A stretch of 64,000 nucleotides of DNA from the human T2T-CHM13v2.0 reference genome, Homo sapiens. Below are positions 45,374-59,540 of this stretch, piece by piece. The stretch is from NCBI RefSeq assembly GCF_009914755.1, contig NC_060934.1; one strand, 5' to 3'. The position numbers and the translations under genes are program-made. Numbering within the stretch: position 1 is the stretch's first letter; every line of letters starts with the position of its first letter. The notes beneath the pieces were generated by a model. The model searched no databases. It was given only the letters and a program-made list of their open reading frames with translations, and was not told where the DNA came from.

Positions 45374-45686
45374 CAGGGGTTGGCAAACTTTTGCTAAAAG
45401 GACCAAATAGTAAAAACTGTAGGTTTTGTAGTAGTCTCTGTTGGAACTATTCAAAACTGCCATTCTTGGACAAAAACACCATAGATAATACATAAATGAA
45501 GGGGTATGTCTGTGTAGCAATAAAAGTGAAATTTCAATTTTACATAATTTTTGTGTGTCACAGGGCATTATTCTTTTGATTTTTTTCAGCCATCTAATAC
45601 ATGTACAATTTATCCTTAGCTCTTGTGCCATACAAACACAGGCAAGTTACTGGAGTTGTCCCACGGCCATGTTTTGCTGACCTCTG
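45374..45686 (+). mobile_element. MER58B hAT-Charlie element, complete
   Basis: TIRs caggggttggcaaa / tttgctgacctctg; perfect 8-bp TSD ATTTAAGC at 45366-45373 and 45687-45694. Confidence 0.9.
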
Positions 45687-46159
45687 ATTTAAGCCCACAA
45701 TTCCATTCTGCCATTTCTGCCCCTGTGTATGTTTCCTCACAAGTGTGGGTGATGTATAAACATTTGTAGAAGGTGAGTCTAAAATGAATAGGGATGATAA
45801 AGGAAGTGCTTTGACTATGCTCAATATACTAACACTATGTTTTCTCTTAACAGATTCCTACTTAAAATACTTTTTTGGTACGAAGGCTCACACAAAAGCT
45901 GCTCGTTATTTTTCAACCATTAACTTTTGTTTTCTAATTACATTTTTAATGAACAGTTTTTTCAAGAATGCCTATTTAAAATAATGTCATTAAATGGGAG
46001 AAAATAGGTTCATATTTAATTGAATTTGTTTTGTGCCAAGTAAACAAGAACAATGTTCCCTAAGGGCTTTAAGCAGATTCAAGAAACATATCTGAATCAC
46101 CTATAATCAGTATAAAGCACATCACACAAAGGATGAGAGAATGTGGTGCATGTGCACAC

Positions 46160-46335
46160 GAGAGAGACAGAGACAGAGAGAGAGAGAGAAGGAGGAGGAG
46201 GAGGAAGAGAAGGAAGAGGAGGAGGGAGAGTAGGAGGAGGAAGAGAAGAAAGGGAAGGAAAGAAAAGAAGAAAGGGAAGGAAAGAAAAGAAGAAAGGGAA
46301 GGAAGGAAAAAAAGGAAGGAAGGAAGGAAGGAAAA
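46160..46335. repeat. Compound purine microsatellite (GA)n/(GGA)n/(GGAA)n
   Basis: About 175 bp almost purely A/G on the + strand. Confidence 0.95.
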
Positions 46336-46455
46336 CCTTAACATCTAGAATTTTAGAGAACAAGAACGTGTTTATTTGAAAGTAGGCTCTAAATGTTAAG
46401 GTATCTTCCCTTGCACTTCAAAATAATATGGCGTGCATGCAATAAATAAGAAATG

Positions 46456-46775
<320 letters not shown>

Positions 46776-46869
46776 TTATGAAATGATAAAATAAACTCCC
46801 ATATACCTACCACCAACCTTAATGTTTAAAAATGTACTATCCAAGTAGAGTAGCCATCACTCTTAGCAC

Positions 46870-47158
46870 TTTTTTTTTTTTTTGAGATGCAGTCTCATTC
46901 TGTCACCCAGGCTGGAGCCCAGTGGCATGACCTCAGCTCACTGCAATCTCCTCCTCCCAAGTTCAAGCGATTCTACTGCCTCAGCCTCCTGAGTAGCTAG
47001 GATTACAGCTACTCATGTCCAGCTAATTTTTGTATTTTTAGTAGAGATGGGGTTTTGCCATGTTGGCCAGGCTGATCTCGAACTCCTGACTTCAGATGAT
47101 CTACCTGCCTTGGCCTCCCAAAGTGCTAGGATTACAGGTGTGAGCCACCATGCCCAGT
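46870..47158 (-). mobile_element. Alu (AluS-like)
   Basis: Antisense dimer nested in MER33. Confidence 0.95.
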
Positions 47159-47388
47159 CACTTCGCTACTATTAAACATTTAAAATGTGATTAGCTTTAA
47201 TTGAGGGGTGCTATAAGAAAAACATACAAATCCAATTTTGAAGATTCAGTACCAAGAAAAGAATATAAAGGATCTCATAATAATTTTTGTATTTGTTAGA
47301 TGTTGAATGATAATATTTGTATATATTGAGTTAAATATATTATTAAAATAAATTTAGCTTTAAAAATTTGGTTAGTAGAAAATTCTAC

Positions 47389-47468
47389 TTAGATTAGTGC
47401 AAAAGTGATCATGGTATTTGCCATTAAAAGCAGCGCTAAAACCTGCAGTTACTTTTGCACCAACCTAA
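47389..47468. mobile_element. MADE1 MITE (80 bp)
   Basis: ttagattagtgcaaaagt...acttttgcaccaacctaa|ta. Confidence 0.9.
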
Positions 47469-47967
47469 TATATATGGTTCACATTTGTGGTGGTTCACAC
47501 TTTATTTGTATTGGGGCAGAACTGATAAAGATTTCTGAGTCTACCAAGACTTTTGAGTTTTCCAATGTACCCTTCCCTAATCTCCTACTCTGAGGTAATC
47601 ATTTTTAAAAAATTTAATAAGAAGTTCCTAGCTTTTTACAGTTTTATCACATACATGTATGACTCTAGATTAGGTGGTCTGCTATTTTAAAACTTTTTTA
47701 AAAATCTCATTTTATTTAGCTAACACCCTCTGTAAAAACACCAGCTCCAGTGTCTCCTTATACCTACTCCTCATTTCTGACCTTCAGATGTTTTCTTTCT
47801 CTCCTACCAGCTCGGCCATGCTTTCTAAAAAATATTCTTTTATCCAGCATTTTCAGGTGTTCTGTACTGTGAAGGACTTCTCTGTACATTAGACCCTTAT
47901 TACCATATTGCCCTTGTCATCTAGTGGGAATATAATTATGTTTCACCTCCTCCATGCTCTTTGGAGC

Positions 47968-48190
47968 CAGGAGTTGGCAAACTTTTGCTAGAAGGACCAA
48001 ATAGTAAAAATTGTAGGTTTTGTAAAACAGATAGCCTCTGTTGGAACTACTCCAAACTGCCATTTTAGACAAAAGGAGCCATAGAAAATACATACATGAA
48101 GAAACGTGGCTGTGTTCCCAGTAAAACTAGAATTTGAATTTCACATAATTTTAATGTGTCACAGGATATTATATTTCTTTTGATTTTTTA
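47968..48190 (+). mobile_element. MER58B, 3'-truncated second copy
   Basis: caggagttggcaaacttttgctagaaggaccaaatagtaa... Confidence 0.85.
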
Positions 48191-48997
48191 TCCTATGGCA
48201 AAGGTGAAACATATGACTTTATAAAGACATAGCTGAGGAATGATTGTATGAGATACTCTAAATGAATAACGAAAAAGAATAAAGGAGCAAACATTCTATA
48301 TTATAATAAAATATAATTCTGTATATATAATAACATAGATATTATGCAGCCATAATATTAGATTTGAGATGATAAAATGTAAACATGTACAAATAATTAA
48401 ACTAGATAATCAAATTGTCAAATTATCTGTCTAGACATTAGGTGCTACAAGAGTACTAAAAAGAAAAAACAAAAACAAAAACAGTGGAAATGAGCTGAGC
48501 TGGATTTTGAAGCATATATAGGAATGAATAAATTGTTAGAGAAGGATAAAAGTCTATTTCAAGGGGAAAAAAAAGTATATGAGTAAGACTTGCTAACTAT
48601 GAGTTTGTTAAAATGCGTAGAGTAAAATGTGATACTTTATCTTATCGTTCAGCAAAACAATATACATAGAAAAGTGTTCTAGACGTTATAGAGCGATTCA
48701 ATTTTCTAGCGCTTTAAAGTCTCTTTAACTAAACATTCATGCCAAAGTTCCCGGGAATTGTAATTTAGATCCTAGCAAAGATAGCAGTAGAGTTATACAA
48801 AGTCTTTTGTTTCCTTTTCTCTAAGAAGAGTTATTTCTGTTTGAAAGAGGTCTTTAAGCTTGTATTTCAAACAACTCCCGGCAAATATCTCCCTAGTTAA
48901 GTAAATGCAGAGATAGCCAATACTAAAATTCATCTGTAAAGTGATCATACTATGAATTTAGCTCCTTCTCGGGTTGTGACTTGAAGAGTTTATGATT

Positions 48998-49446
48998 CAG
49001 TGTTTCCCAGTTGTGATATACTGACCATTAAAACCTTGGAAGTTGGTGTTAGGAAACCCACAGCGTGGTGGTTTATAGCTTGCCGTGCTTTGAAATATTC
49101 CCTATCATCCAATTTCAAAAGATACTTCTAAGCTCATGGGAGCAAATGTCATTACGGAGAAGCTTTCAAAATCATCTAGAGATAAAAGAGTCACTCTGCT
49201 CAAACAAGGAAAACCCACCACAACAGTGAGCTAGAGCCACTAATCTCATTGTGTTTATTTTAATCAGTACCTCCTCTCATAACAAATAATCCTGATTTTT
49301 CATTTGTGGTAGTTATGTAAAAGTTCTGGTTAAAATGTTCATTTGAATATTAGAAAGTCAGTTGATTGTAAGAAAACATTAAGTAAAAATAATGTGTGAA
49401 TATGGCAAAATGTGAAGACAGCATGCTGATGACTGGGAAAAATCTG
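48998..49446. mobile_element. Possible old hAT-Charlie element
   Basis: Imperfect terminal inverted repeats CAGTGTTTCCCAGT / ACTGGGAAAAATCTG. Confidence 0.4.
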
Positions 49447-50052
49447 TCTAAATACACTTTTTTCCCCAAGGAAGAATTATTTTAAAGAAAAGTTGGTAGG
49501 GCATATTTTAAGACTGTCTATCTTCTTTTGAAGGAAAATCACTAGCTTAAGTGGAACATTAGGTTTCCTGTTTCCTGTCATAGTTTTTCTAAATTACATT
49601 CAGTACAGCAAAAAAAAAAAACAAATTCAGAGGTGAATCCTGAGTTCCTCTGTGCAAGAGAAAAGGCCTTCAAAGTTTAAACAGGCACAGCTATCCTTTC
49701 TTCTCGGGGTGGGGGGAAGACAGGGGGTGGCATAACTCTTGCAGAGGGCTAATTAAGTAAGCCCATGTGAGTTACTGCATTAACCATGCAGAGGACAGCC
49801 CCAGGTAGAGGATTCCTAACCCTTAGAAAGTAACTCAGAAGTCAATCAATCAACTAGAGAGCATTCAAGAGAATAATTAGAAGCCTTGAAACAATAGTTC
49901 CACATATCTTGTCCCCAATGTAAATGGAAATAAGGGAATTCTCCAAACAGGTCATACCTACTGATTAAAATCCATAAAAGTTCTGAGAGTGTTTCTCCTA
50001 AATGCACAGGAATTAACATGCAAAGGCAGGATAGTAGCTATCCTGAACTTTC

Positions 50053-50090
50053 AAATTCTAAGAAAATTCTTAGAATTTCTAAGAAAATTC
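50053..50090. promoter_or_regulatory. Palindrome containing three STAT5-type GAS motifs (TTCYNRGAA)
   Basis: TTCTAAGAA 50056-64, TTCTTAGAA 50067-75, TTCTAAGAA 50077-85; motif match only. Confidence 0.35.
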
Positions 50091-50124
50091 AGAAACTAAG
50101 AAGATTTTTAGTTTGTCCACAACC

Positions 50125-50810
50125 TCCAAATCTCTTCTATCTCAGTAGATGGCACCACTATTTCCTGACTTTACTTATTTCCCTCACCTCCCATGTCCAA
50201 TACACCAACAAATCCTGTTGACTTGACCTTCAAAATCTATCCCAAATCCAGCTACAATTCGTCACCTCCATGATACCAACCTATTCAAGGCCTAAGTCTC
50301 TCTGACCTACACTATTGCATTGATGTCTTTCATTCCACTCTAACCATCTTACAGGCATTTTATCCATACTGCAGCCCCAGTCACATTTAAAAAAATTAAT
50401 TCAGATTTTGTTCATTGCTTGAAGCTCTTCAGTGACTTATCATCAGGCTCATATGGAAATACACACTCCTGAATTTTACCTAAGATGCTCTTCCTAAAGA
50501 CTCTCTAACAATGTCACCTACCGCTCACCTGCTCACTTCTTTATAGCCAGACTCCCCATCTTTCCAATCCTTGGTAATATACTTGCCTTCCTTTCCAAAA
50601 CACTCTTTTGTTGTGTCTTTGCATGGCAAGTCACTCATTCCACTTAGCACTCAGGTTTCTGCACAAATGTCACTTCTTTCTTTCCTGACCCCCCTCACTG
50701 AAATAGCAATACAGACACACACACACACGCTCCTCAGTCCTCTTGTTATTTTTCTTCAGAGCAGTATCACTACTGAAATTATCTTAGTTATTTGTTTATA
50801 TAGCTGTCCT
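50125..50810 (+). mobile_element. L2 remnant
   Basis: ctcagtagatggcaccac...ccaacaaatcctgttgacttgaccttcaaaat...ctcaggtttctgcacaaatgtcac. Confidence 0.7.
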
Positions 50811-52598
50811 ATATACTTCATCAAATTATGAAGATTTAAACAGACCTCATATGTAAAAGCACTTTATAAAGCTCTATTTAAATGTAAGGGATGGTTATTG
50901 TAGCGGAGTTTGTCACTTTATAATTCCAATCTAATGACATTATGAAACAAGTCTTTATTGATTTAATTAATTGTAATTATTCTTGTCTCCTCCTAGCCTG
51001 CTTTCTTTTTTAAGTAGCCTGGAGATGCTTGCTCTCTTTTTTAACTAGTCTGGAAGCAATTGCTGACTGGCTATTCAGTTTGCATTATTTTTTAGTACTT
51101 CCTCTTCCACATAATATTGGTATTACTTTTTCATGCATCCTTAGAATCATAGCATTTTTCTATAGTTTGCATAAGAAAAAATTTAAGCTTTATGTGTCCA
51201 GATACATATTTTCAAGTAGTTTATCAAATGTACTGACCTTTCAAATCATGTATGTCTCATAAGAATATCATTATTTATCAGGTTTCCCAGATGTTTGCAA
51301 TTTTCCTGGTATCTAAACAATGTTAGCATTTTGTAAGCATGTTGTTGATTTCCTATTTTAAAATTATTAAAGGACGAAATATCACTTCAGCTTTTCTTCA
51401 TATAGCAGATATATATATTATTAAGCAGAGAGCAAATAGTGTTCTGCAACTCTCGGGTGGGCAAACATAGTGCTCACTAACTTAATTTTCCATAACAGAA
51501 TTCAACTTTGTCTCAAGCACCTACCTATCCTGCCAGGCTATTCCAAATCACACTCTTGTTATTAAATCTCCTATTTTCCACATTTTGTATTGGAGCCATT
51601 TGCCCATATGAGTTTCAACTGAGGTGACCGTCATCATGGTCACCAATGCCTTTTGCTCTTTATTTTCCATATTGAAGACACAGAATCCTTTGTTGATATT
51701 TTGCCTGGGTCCCATGTGCCTTAATGCATCACACAAACTTTTCCATCTCCAGTGAGGCTGCCAGGAAGCCCACACAGCCTGCCAAGAACCGTCCCTCTCT
51801 TCTCACACACGACCTTCCACCCACCCCAAGAAATTTCCTTTTGTCTGATGGGAAACCCTTTTTCCCATGTGTTTTTGTTGAAGATGTTTGTTCTCTGTGC
51901 TGATTCTGTTTCTCTTACCAGTTCTGTAAGTGCTCTAAATCTCCTTATGGGCCCGGGGTTTGGAAACACAAAGCCAGAGTGAATTGCAATAAATTTCTAT
52001 TTTCTGTCCTGCCAGATCTCTCCGTTGAGTCAGTGAGCACAGGGCCAATTTTCTGATGGAATGGGGGTAAGAAGAAATCATAAATACAAAGAGGAGAAAA
52101 ACATAGGTTAATAGCACAAAATTGAAACCTCCATAATGGTTTTCAATTTTACTCCTCAGTATAAAAATCAATATAGATCACAAAAATCACAATTACTGCT
52201 GTTGAGCATCTGCCTTGTAAATGGTCCTATTATAGCCCTCAATGGTTTTACTCCTTCCTTTTTGTTTGCCTTTAAATTGAAGTATGCAATAAGCTTGTAA
52301 AAGTCACAAATTTAAAGGAACTATGGTAACTTTTTAAGATAATCTTGACGGTAACAATCAGCATTTTCATGGCACTGTATAACTGTATTCATTAAGTAAC
52401 AAAATAAAACACTGAACATAATAGGTACATAATACTGAAGCTCCGGTTGTAGAATTTCTGCTTCATTGAATCTCATGTGTGGTTTCACTCTGCAGAAATA
52501 AGAATACCTGGAATAAAAAATAGAGACCTTCACCCTTTTCAAACTGACCTATTATTTTAAACTCTATATTTAATGTAATGTATATATTTTTATACTAG

Positions 52599-52982
<384 letters not shown>

Positions 52983-54509
52983 AAAGAATTTTTTTAAAAA
53001 AATGACAGTCAGGACACTCGATTTCTGCTAGTCCCAGTCTGCTAGAAAGAATGTACTTTTACAAAAACCAGTTCATCTCAATTTTGCTCACTATGTTAGC
53101 AGAGTATGTCTCACTTGTCTACTTTCTTGTTTGTTTCTTGAGCTACCTGTTACCTCTCTCAGTGAGGGAAGTTAAAGCTGCAGCAGGAGCTTGGAGAGCT
53201 TTTTCAACTGGTTGACAGCTCTTATTGTCACACCTTAGTTCATACGCTATCTATAGGCGACTATTGTTTCAGTGGGTTGTGGTTTATAAAGTGCTAACAA
53301 GGCTTGAGACATAAAGATACTATTATTTCAGGTGACACTACTTGTTATGAATCTGCAGCTTCTCACATCCCTGACTCTTGTGAAAATACTCCATATACAA
53401 TTTTCCGGTCTGTTTCAGCTATATCATTTGACTTCCCTGAAGTATGGGACTTCATGAAAGCGTGATTCCCTTTCATTCCAACTCCTGATGTGATTTCCAA
53501 GTGAATTTACATTATTTTACTGTATCATTTTACATTATTTTAATATCTTAGTGAGTTTTTAAATCAGCAGTCATGCCTCAGCTGAATCTCAAGGGACATT
53601 ATATGGCCACCAGGAAAAGCTAGTGCTAATTAAGTTTTTCTCTGGATTTCTCATTACTGACAAACAGCTCTTGACTTCACAAAAACACCAGTGGCTTCAC
53701 AGAAGTAGCATCCAGTAGTTGGTCAATGTTATTTCTGTGGTTGCTATAACCACATAAGGCAGCTCTTTGACCCCTGAGGATCTTATCCCTGGCCATTCCT
53801 GTTTGAGTCAGGGATATACACTTTTCCCAAATTTATTGACTTTATTAAGTGGACAACCACCTAAATCAATATCTCTCTCTCCTTCTCCCTCTTTCCCCTC
53901 TCCCCTTCTCCCTTTCTTTATCCTCTCTCTTTTTTTCAAATTTGAGAGTCCATGATTGGGTATTGATGAGCAGGATAGCTTGGGGGCAAGAAACCTATTT
54001 ATTAGCAATGACCTAATGTATGAGCATAGAAAGAAAAGACTGAGGAAAGCCAAAGATGGAGAACCTGACAGTTCCGAGAAAATATGACTGACCTCAACCT
54101 GTGAGGCTTTCATGTTCTCAAATGACACAGAAATGACTAATTTTCTTCTGTTGAATTTACTTGAGTTAGCCTCAGTGGATTTCTATTTCTTGCAATGGAA
54201 AGTTAATCAGTACAATTGAAACTTTAGTTTATTAAAAGTTATTTTTAAATGCATTTATCAAATATGGATTTTTCCTTTCAATAAAAGTAATAGTAGTTTT
54301 GCATTTGGCAAGGAATTTAACTTTTTCACAATTCTTTTACATCTGTTATAGCCACAGAAGATAGAACAACTGCTTTCCTCTATTTGGTAGATGAAGCAAG
54401 AGTCTGAAAAGATCAGATAATTTGCCTAAAATCTCACATAAAACTAGAGGTAGTACTGGAACTAAGTCCCTGACCCTCAAGCATTGATTGTCTTCAGTGA
54501 TGGCCTGAA

Positions 54510-54694
54510 CTTGCTTGTAACAGTTTACCAATTCTGCACCTGATATCAACTTAATTTCGTGTTCAGTTTTCAGTGACATTGTGCTGACAGCTTGAAATTA
54601 GCCATGGTGGGAGTATTTATGTCACAGAAATCAGCGAACAATTCAACTAAAAGCTTTAAAAAAAAAAAAAAGCCAGTTTTCAAACATTTACCAC
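54510..54694 (-). mobile_element. MER63-like hAT-Blackjack element
   Basis: agcttgaaattagccatggtgggagtattta...aaacatttaccac. Confidence 0.75.
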
Positions 54695-55424
54695 TTCCTC
54701 AAACAAACTGAATATTTTATAAAATCATTTATTATATATTCTGGAGCCAAGGGTATCCATGTATCTTTAAAGCAAAGCTGAAAACTCTTAATTTACTTTT
54801 AATTGGAACTTTACAATTTTTCACCAGGAGAGCTTCCAGTTGTGGGTGAAAACCTGTAAATTATTGCTGGAAAACAGTCTTAGAAAAGTTGTTCTGTCTT
54901 AGAATTGGAAGGTTACAAGAATTGCCAATTTTATCTAGCTTAACCGTGATATTTCACAGATGAGAGAACTAAGGGCAAGAGATGGGAAATGATTTGTCCA
55001 AAGTCATAAAGCTACGGGAAAGGAAAAGCATGATTCAAACTCGGATGATCTTCCATATAATCCAAAGTTGGGTAAAATTTATGCTTAGGAAGATCAAGGA
55101 AATAGGATTTGGGCCAAAGAAAGAAAAGAGAAGGCAGAAGTCTACAATCCTAGTAGGCTCATAAAATCCCTTATGAATAAGACTGAGAAGGGGATTATTA
55201 AAAGGGATTTCCAATACCCAATTAAAGTTGTAATTGTGCAGGTGTATTTGTTCATTAATGTATATGAACAAAGTGATGTTTCTGGTTATTAAAATATACA
55301 ATCAATAAACTTACAAACTCAATTTCATGACTAATTGCTTGTCTATTAAATGCAAAAGATATTTTGCATAATGAGAAATTGCCAATATTCAACAAGGAGA
55401 AAATGAAAATGAAAGGCGGCTCTG

Positions 55425-55759
<335 letters not shown>

Positions 55760-56767
55760 TCATGGTTGCTATTGTGTGATAAAATAGCCAAGAATGACAA
55801 GAAAAAATGTATTTATTTTAAAAATAAGTAGTGAAGAAGTGAATAACTAATTTTATCTAGGAGGATTGGTGAAATATATTACAGGTTTTTCTTGATTTAA
55901 TATATTTACCCCTTCAGAATAAAACTTGGTTTGAATGGTATATTGCTCACTTTATTATACATAGATCTCTGTAAATCAATATCATGCCAACCAACAAGCA
56001 AAAAAAGTAGTTATCTGGTTTTTGTCAATATTTTAAAAAATAATTGATGTACCCTTTATGAATATGAATTATCACAGAAAAATAGAAGTTTTTTGGGAAA
56101 GGATAGGGGTACTTTGGAAGTATGCCTTTGAGACTTGAGTGTGGTGTGTATAGTCAATCTATTTTATTTAAACAAAGTTTAAACTCACTTCTCAATGGTA
56201 AGTCAGTATACTGATACAATTGGTCTTTTATGGATAGGTAATATTATGTGGTGTGTTCTCATAATAAAAGTGGAATTCAGCACAGGAAATGTTAACATAT
56301 TACAATTCAGCATCTATTTTCCCCTTCTTCTCCCTATGCAATATTATCTCTGTTTCCTAGTCATAAAAATTGCCAAGGTAGAATATAACAAAAATGACAT
56401 TAAATGATCAAATGTGTCAGGATCTTTATATTTTACCAAGCAAACTGCACCAATCAGAACTTAAGTGAGACTTTTTTAAAAAAGAAGACAGGAAGTAAAG
56501 AAGAAACCCAATTTAAAGTGTTTTGTGTCTTATGATCTGATTCACATCAAACAAGTTTTGAAGCAGCTGAATAAATCAATTTTTGTTATAAGAAAGTCGT
56601 TTTATCTTTTATCTTTTTCTTGGCTATCAGCAATTAGTTAATATTTCAAATGTAGTAGCTTAAATGAGAAGGCAACAATCAAGAAAATTAAAAAGAGAGA
56701 GGAAGAATAAAACACAAAAATATATAATTTTTTAAAGATTAAAAAGAAAGGGTTTTGAAATCAATGA

Positions 56768-57064
56768 TTTTTTTTTTTTTTTTTTAAACGGAGTCTCACG
56801 CTGTTGCCCAGGCTGGAGTGAAATGGCACGATATCAGCTCACTGCAACTCCGCCTCCCGGTTCAAGCAATTCTCCTGTCTCAGCCTCCTGAGTAGCTGGG
56901 ACTACAGTCTCATGACACCATGCCCAGTTAAGTTTTGTATTTTTAGTAGAGAGGGGGTTTCACCATATTGGTCAGGCTGGTCCTGACCTCCTGACCTCAG
57001 GTGATCCACCCGCCTCAGCTTCCCAAAGCCCTGTGATTACAGGCATGAGCCATTGCATCCGGCC
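56768..57064 (-). mobile_element. Alu (AluS-like)
   Basis: Full dimer; flanking AAATCAATG(A/C)TTTT on both sides. Confidence 0.96.
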
Positions 57065-57319
57065 TAAAATCAATGCTTTTTATAAATTAAAGAGAAGGAG
57101 AAAGAGATTGAAACTGTATTTCCGATTTGTCCAGGTCATAGGGGGTATGATACTAATGCGACAAAGTGATTGTTTTGTGTGGAAAGAATCATAAAAAGAA
57201 GTACAAAACAGAAGTTGATGAAGTTAAGTGATCTGCCCAGAGTCACACATCAGCTAACAGCAGTGCTGGGAAAGGACACTCATCCTAGGGCTCTTTCTGT
57301 ATTAAAAATTTTTGACTTA

Positions 57320-58115
57320 CATTTCCATGATGATTATTGATACTGAATGTTTTTTTATGTTTGTTAGCCATTTGTATGTCTTATTTTGAGAAGTGTCTCT
57401 TCATGACCTTTGCCTGCTTTTTAATGGGTTGTTTTTTGCTTGCTGAATTAAGTTCTTTATAGCTTCTGGATATTAGAGCTTTGTTTGAGGCATGGTTTGC
57501 AAATATATTTTCCCATTCTGTAGGTTGTCTCTTTACTCTGTTGATAGTTTCTTTTGCTGTGCAGAAGCTCTTTAGTTTATTTAGGTTCCACTTGCCAATT
57601 TTTGTTTTTGTTGCAATTGCTTTTGAGGATTTTGTCATAAATTATTTGCCAAGGCTGATGTCCAGAATGGTACTTCCTATGTTTTCTTTTTTTTTATTAT
57701 TATTATTATACTTTAAGTTTTAGGGTACATGTGCACAATGTGCAGGTTAGTTACATATGTATACATGTGCCATGCTGGTGTGCTGCACCCATTAACTCGT
57801 CATTTAGCATTAGGTATATCTCCTAACGCTATCCCTCACCCCTCCCCCCACCCTGCAACAGTCCCCAGAATGTGATGTTCCCCTTCCTGTGTCCATGTGT
57901 TCTCATTGTTCAATTCCCATCTATGAGTGAGAACATGCGGTGTTTGGTTTTTTGTCCTTGCGATAGTTTACTGAGAATGATGATTTCCAATTGTACTTCC
58001 TATGTTTTCTTCTAGGATTTTTATAGTTTGAGTTCTTACATTAAAATCTGTAATCCATCTTGAATTGACTTTTGTTTATGGTAAAAGGTAGATGTCCAGG
58101 TCCACTCTTCCTGCA
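57320..58115 (-). mobile_element. Older L1 ORF2 3' fragment (L1PB/old L1PA-like) split by a younger L1
   Basis: Translates to [38 protein letters not shown]. Confidence 0.85.
57689..57992 (-). mobile_element. 5'-truncated L1PA3-like 3' end (about 300 bp)
   Basis: Perfect 19-bp TSD GTACTTCCTATGTTTTCTT at 57670-57688 and 57993-58011. Confidence 0.95.
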
Positions 58116-58450
58116 TAGTAAGTTTTAAAGCCAATAGCAGCTAGATGTGCAAAATGGGTTCTGACAGGCTGCTACCTATGTAATGATCATAAGAATTTTT
58201 TATAATTAAAATTTTTTTAATGTGCTGAAATAAGTTTCATGATGGCAAGAATTGTGATTTGTTTACTTTTTCATGTTTGTATCCTTTGTACCTAATGTCT
58301 TGCATAGCATCTAATAGGTGAATAATAAATTTTTAGTAAATGAATGAGAAAGTGAATGCCCAGAAATGAGAAAATGAAGTTCTTAACTTACATACCTATC
58401 ATACTGCCTCTGTTGGGAGTGTTGCTATTTTTAAGAATGGGCTCTAAAGA

Positions 58451-58938
<488 letters not shown>

Positions 58939-59359
58939 ATTTATATGAAAGCTCCATGAGTGTCTCACATCCAAAGATAAATTAATCTTAGCTTTAAGCT
59001 AGACAAATGTATAAAAATATTCTGCTTTAATGTCTTCATTTTCCAAATGAGATAACTGAATATCAGACAGGTTAAATTATGTATCTACTAGTAAACATTG
59101 AGTAAGTGTCAAAGCTAGGACTGAAATTCAGGCCTTCCCTAGTCCAAGGCCCATTTCCCTGTACTACACTGCACCATTTCTCTCATGATCTTAGTAGCAA
59201 CTGTTCAAACAATAATGTGTTTGTCCGTGTAGCTTAATCATGTGCATAATTTCAACAATTGAAGACAAAGAAGTAGCATTTTATTATTTTTGATGTTCAG
59301 TACAAAAGATACTCCTCCCAAATATTTGCAGCTTATGTAATGCAATTCGCTGAAAATTA

Positions 59360-59540
59360 TTAATATATAATGTGATGAACATTATGTATATTATGATATA
59401 TGATGTATAATATATGATATACATTATTATACATATCATATATATACATATACATATAATATATGATATATGATATATAATAATGTATTGTATATTATAT
59501 AATATATAATGATGTTCAGCACATTATATATTCATGATAT
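59360..59540. repeat. AT-rich (TA/TATGA)n low-complexity tract
   Basis: Direct reading. Confidence 0.85.

Larger units (their letters stand above)
46836..47520 (-). mobile_element. MER33 hAT element split by an Alu and a MADE1
   Basis: ttgaagattcagtacc...tgataatatttgtatatattgagttaaat...tttatttgtattggggcag. Confidence 0.7.

Noticed and set aside
46069-46379. Arg/Lys/Glu-rich and Leu/Phe-rich ORFs
   Set aside because: Translations of the purine microsatellite
47389-47468. Assignment to a specific miR-548 gene
   Set aside because: MADE1 copies are numerous and this one is diverged; it needs a database match and reads
52321-52542. Minus-strand coding exon (ttttttattccAG|GTATTC...; RYSYFCRVKPHMRF...)
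   Set aside because: Acceptor is plausible, but there is no good donor and the peptide is unrecognised
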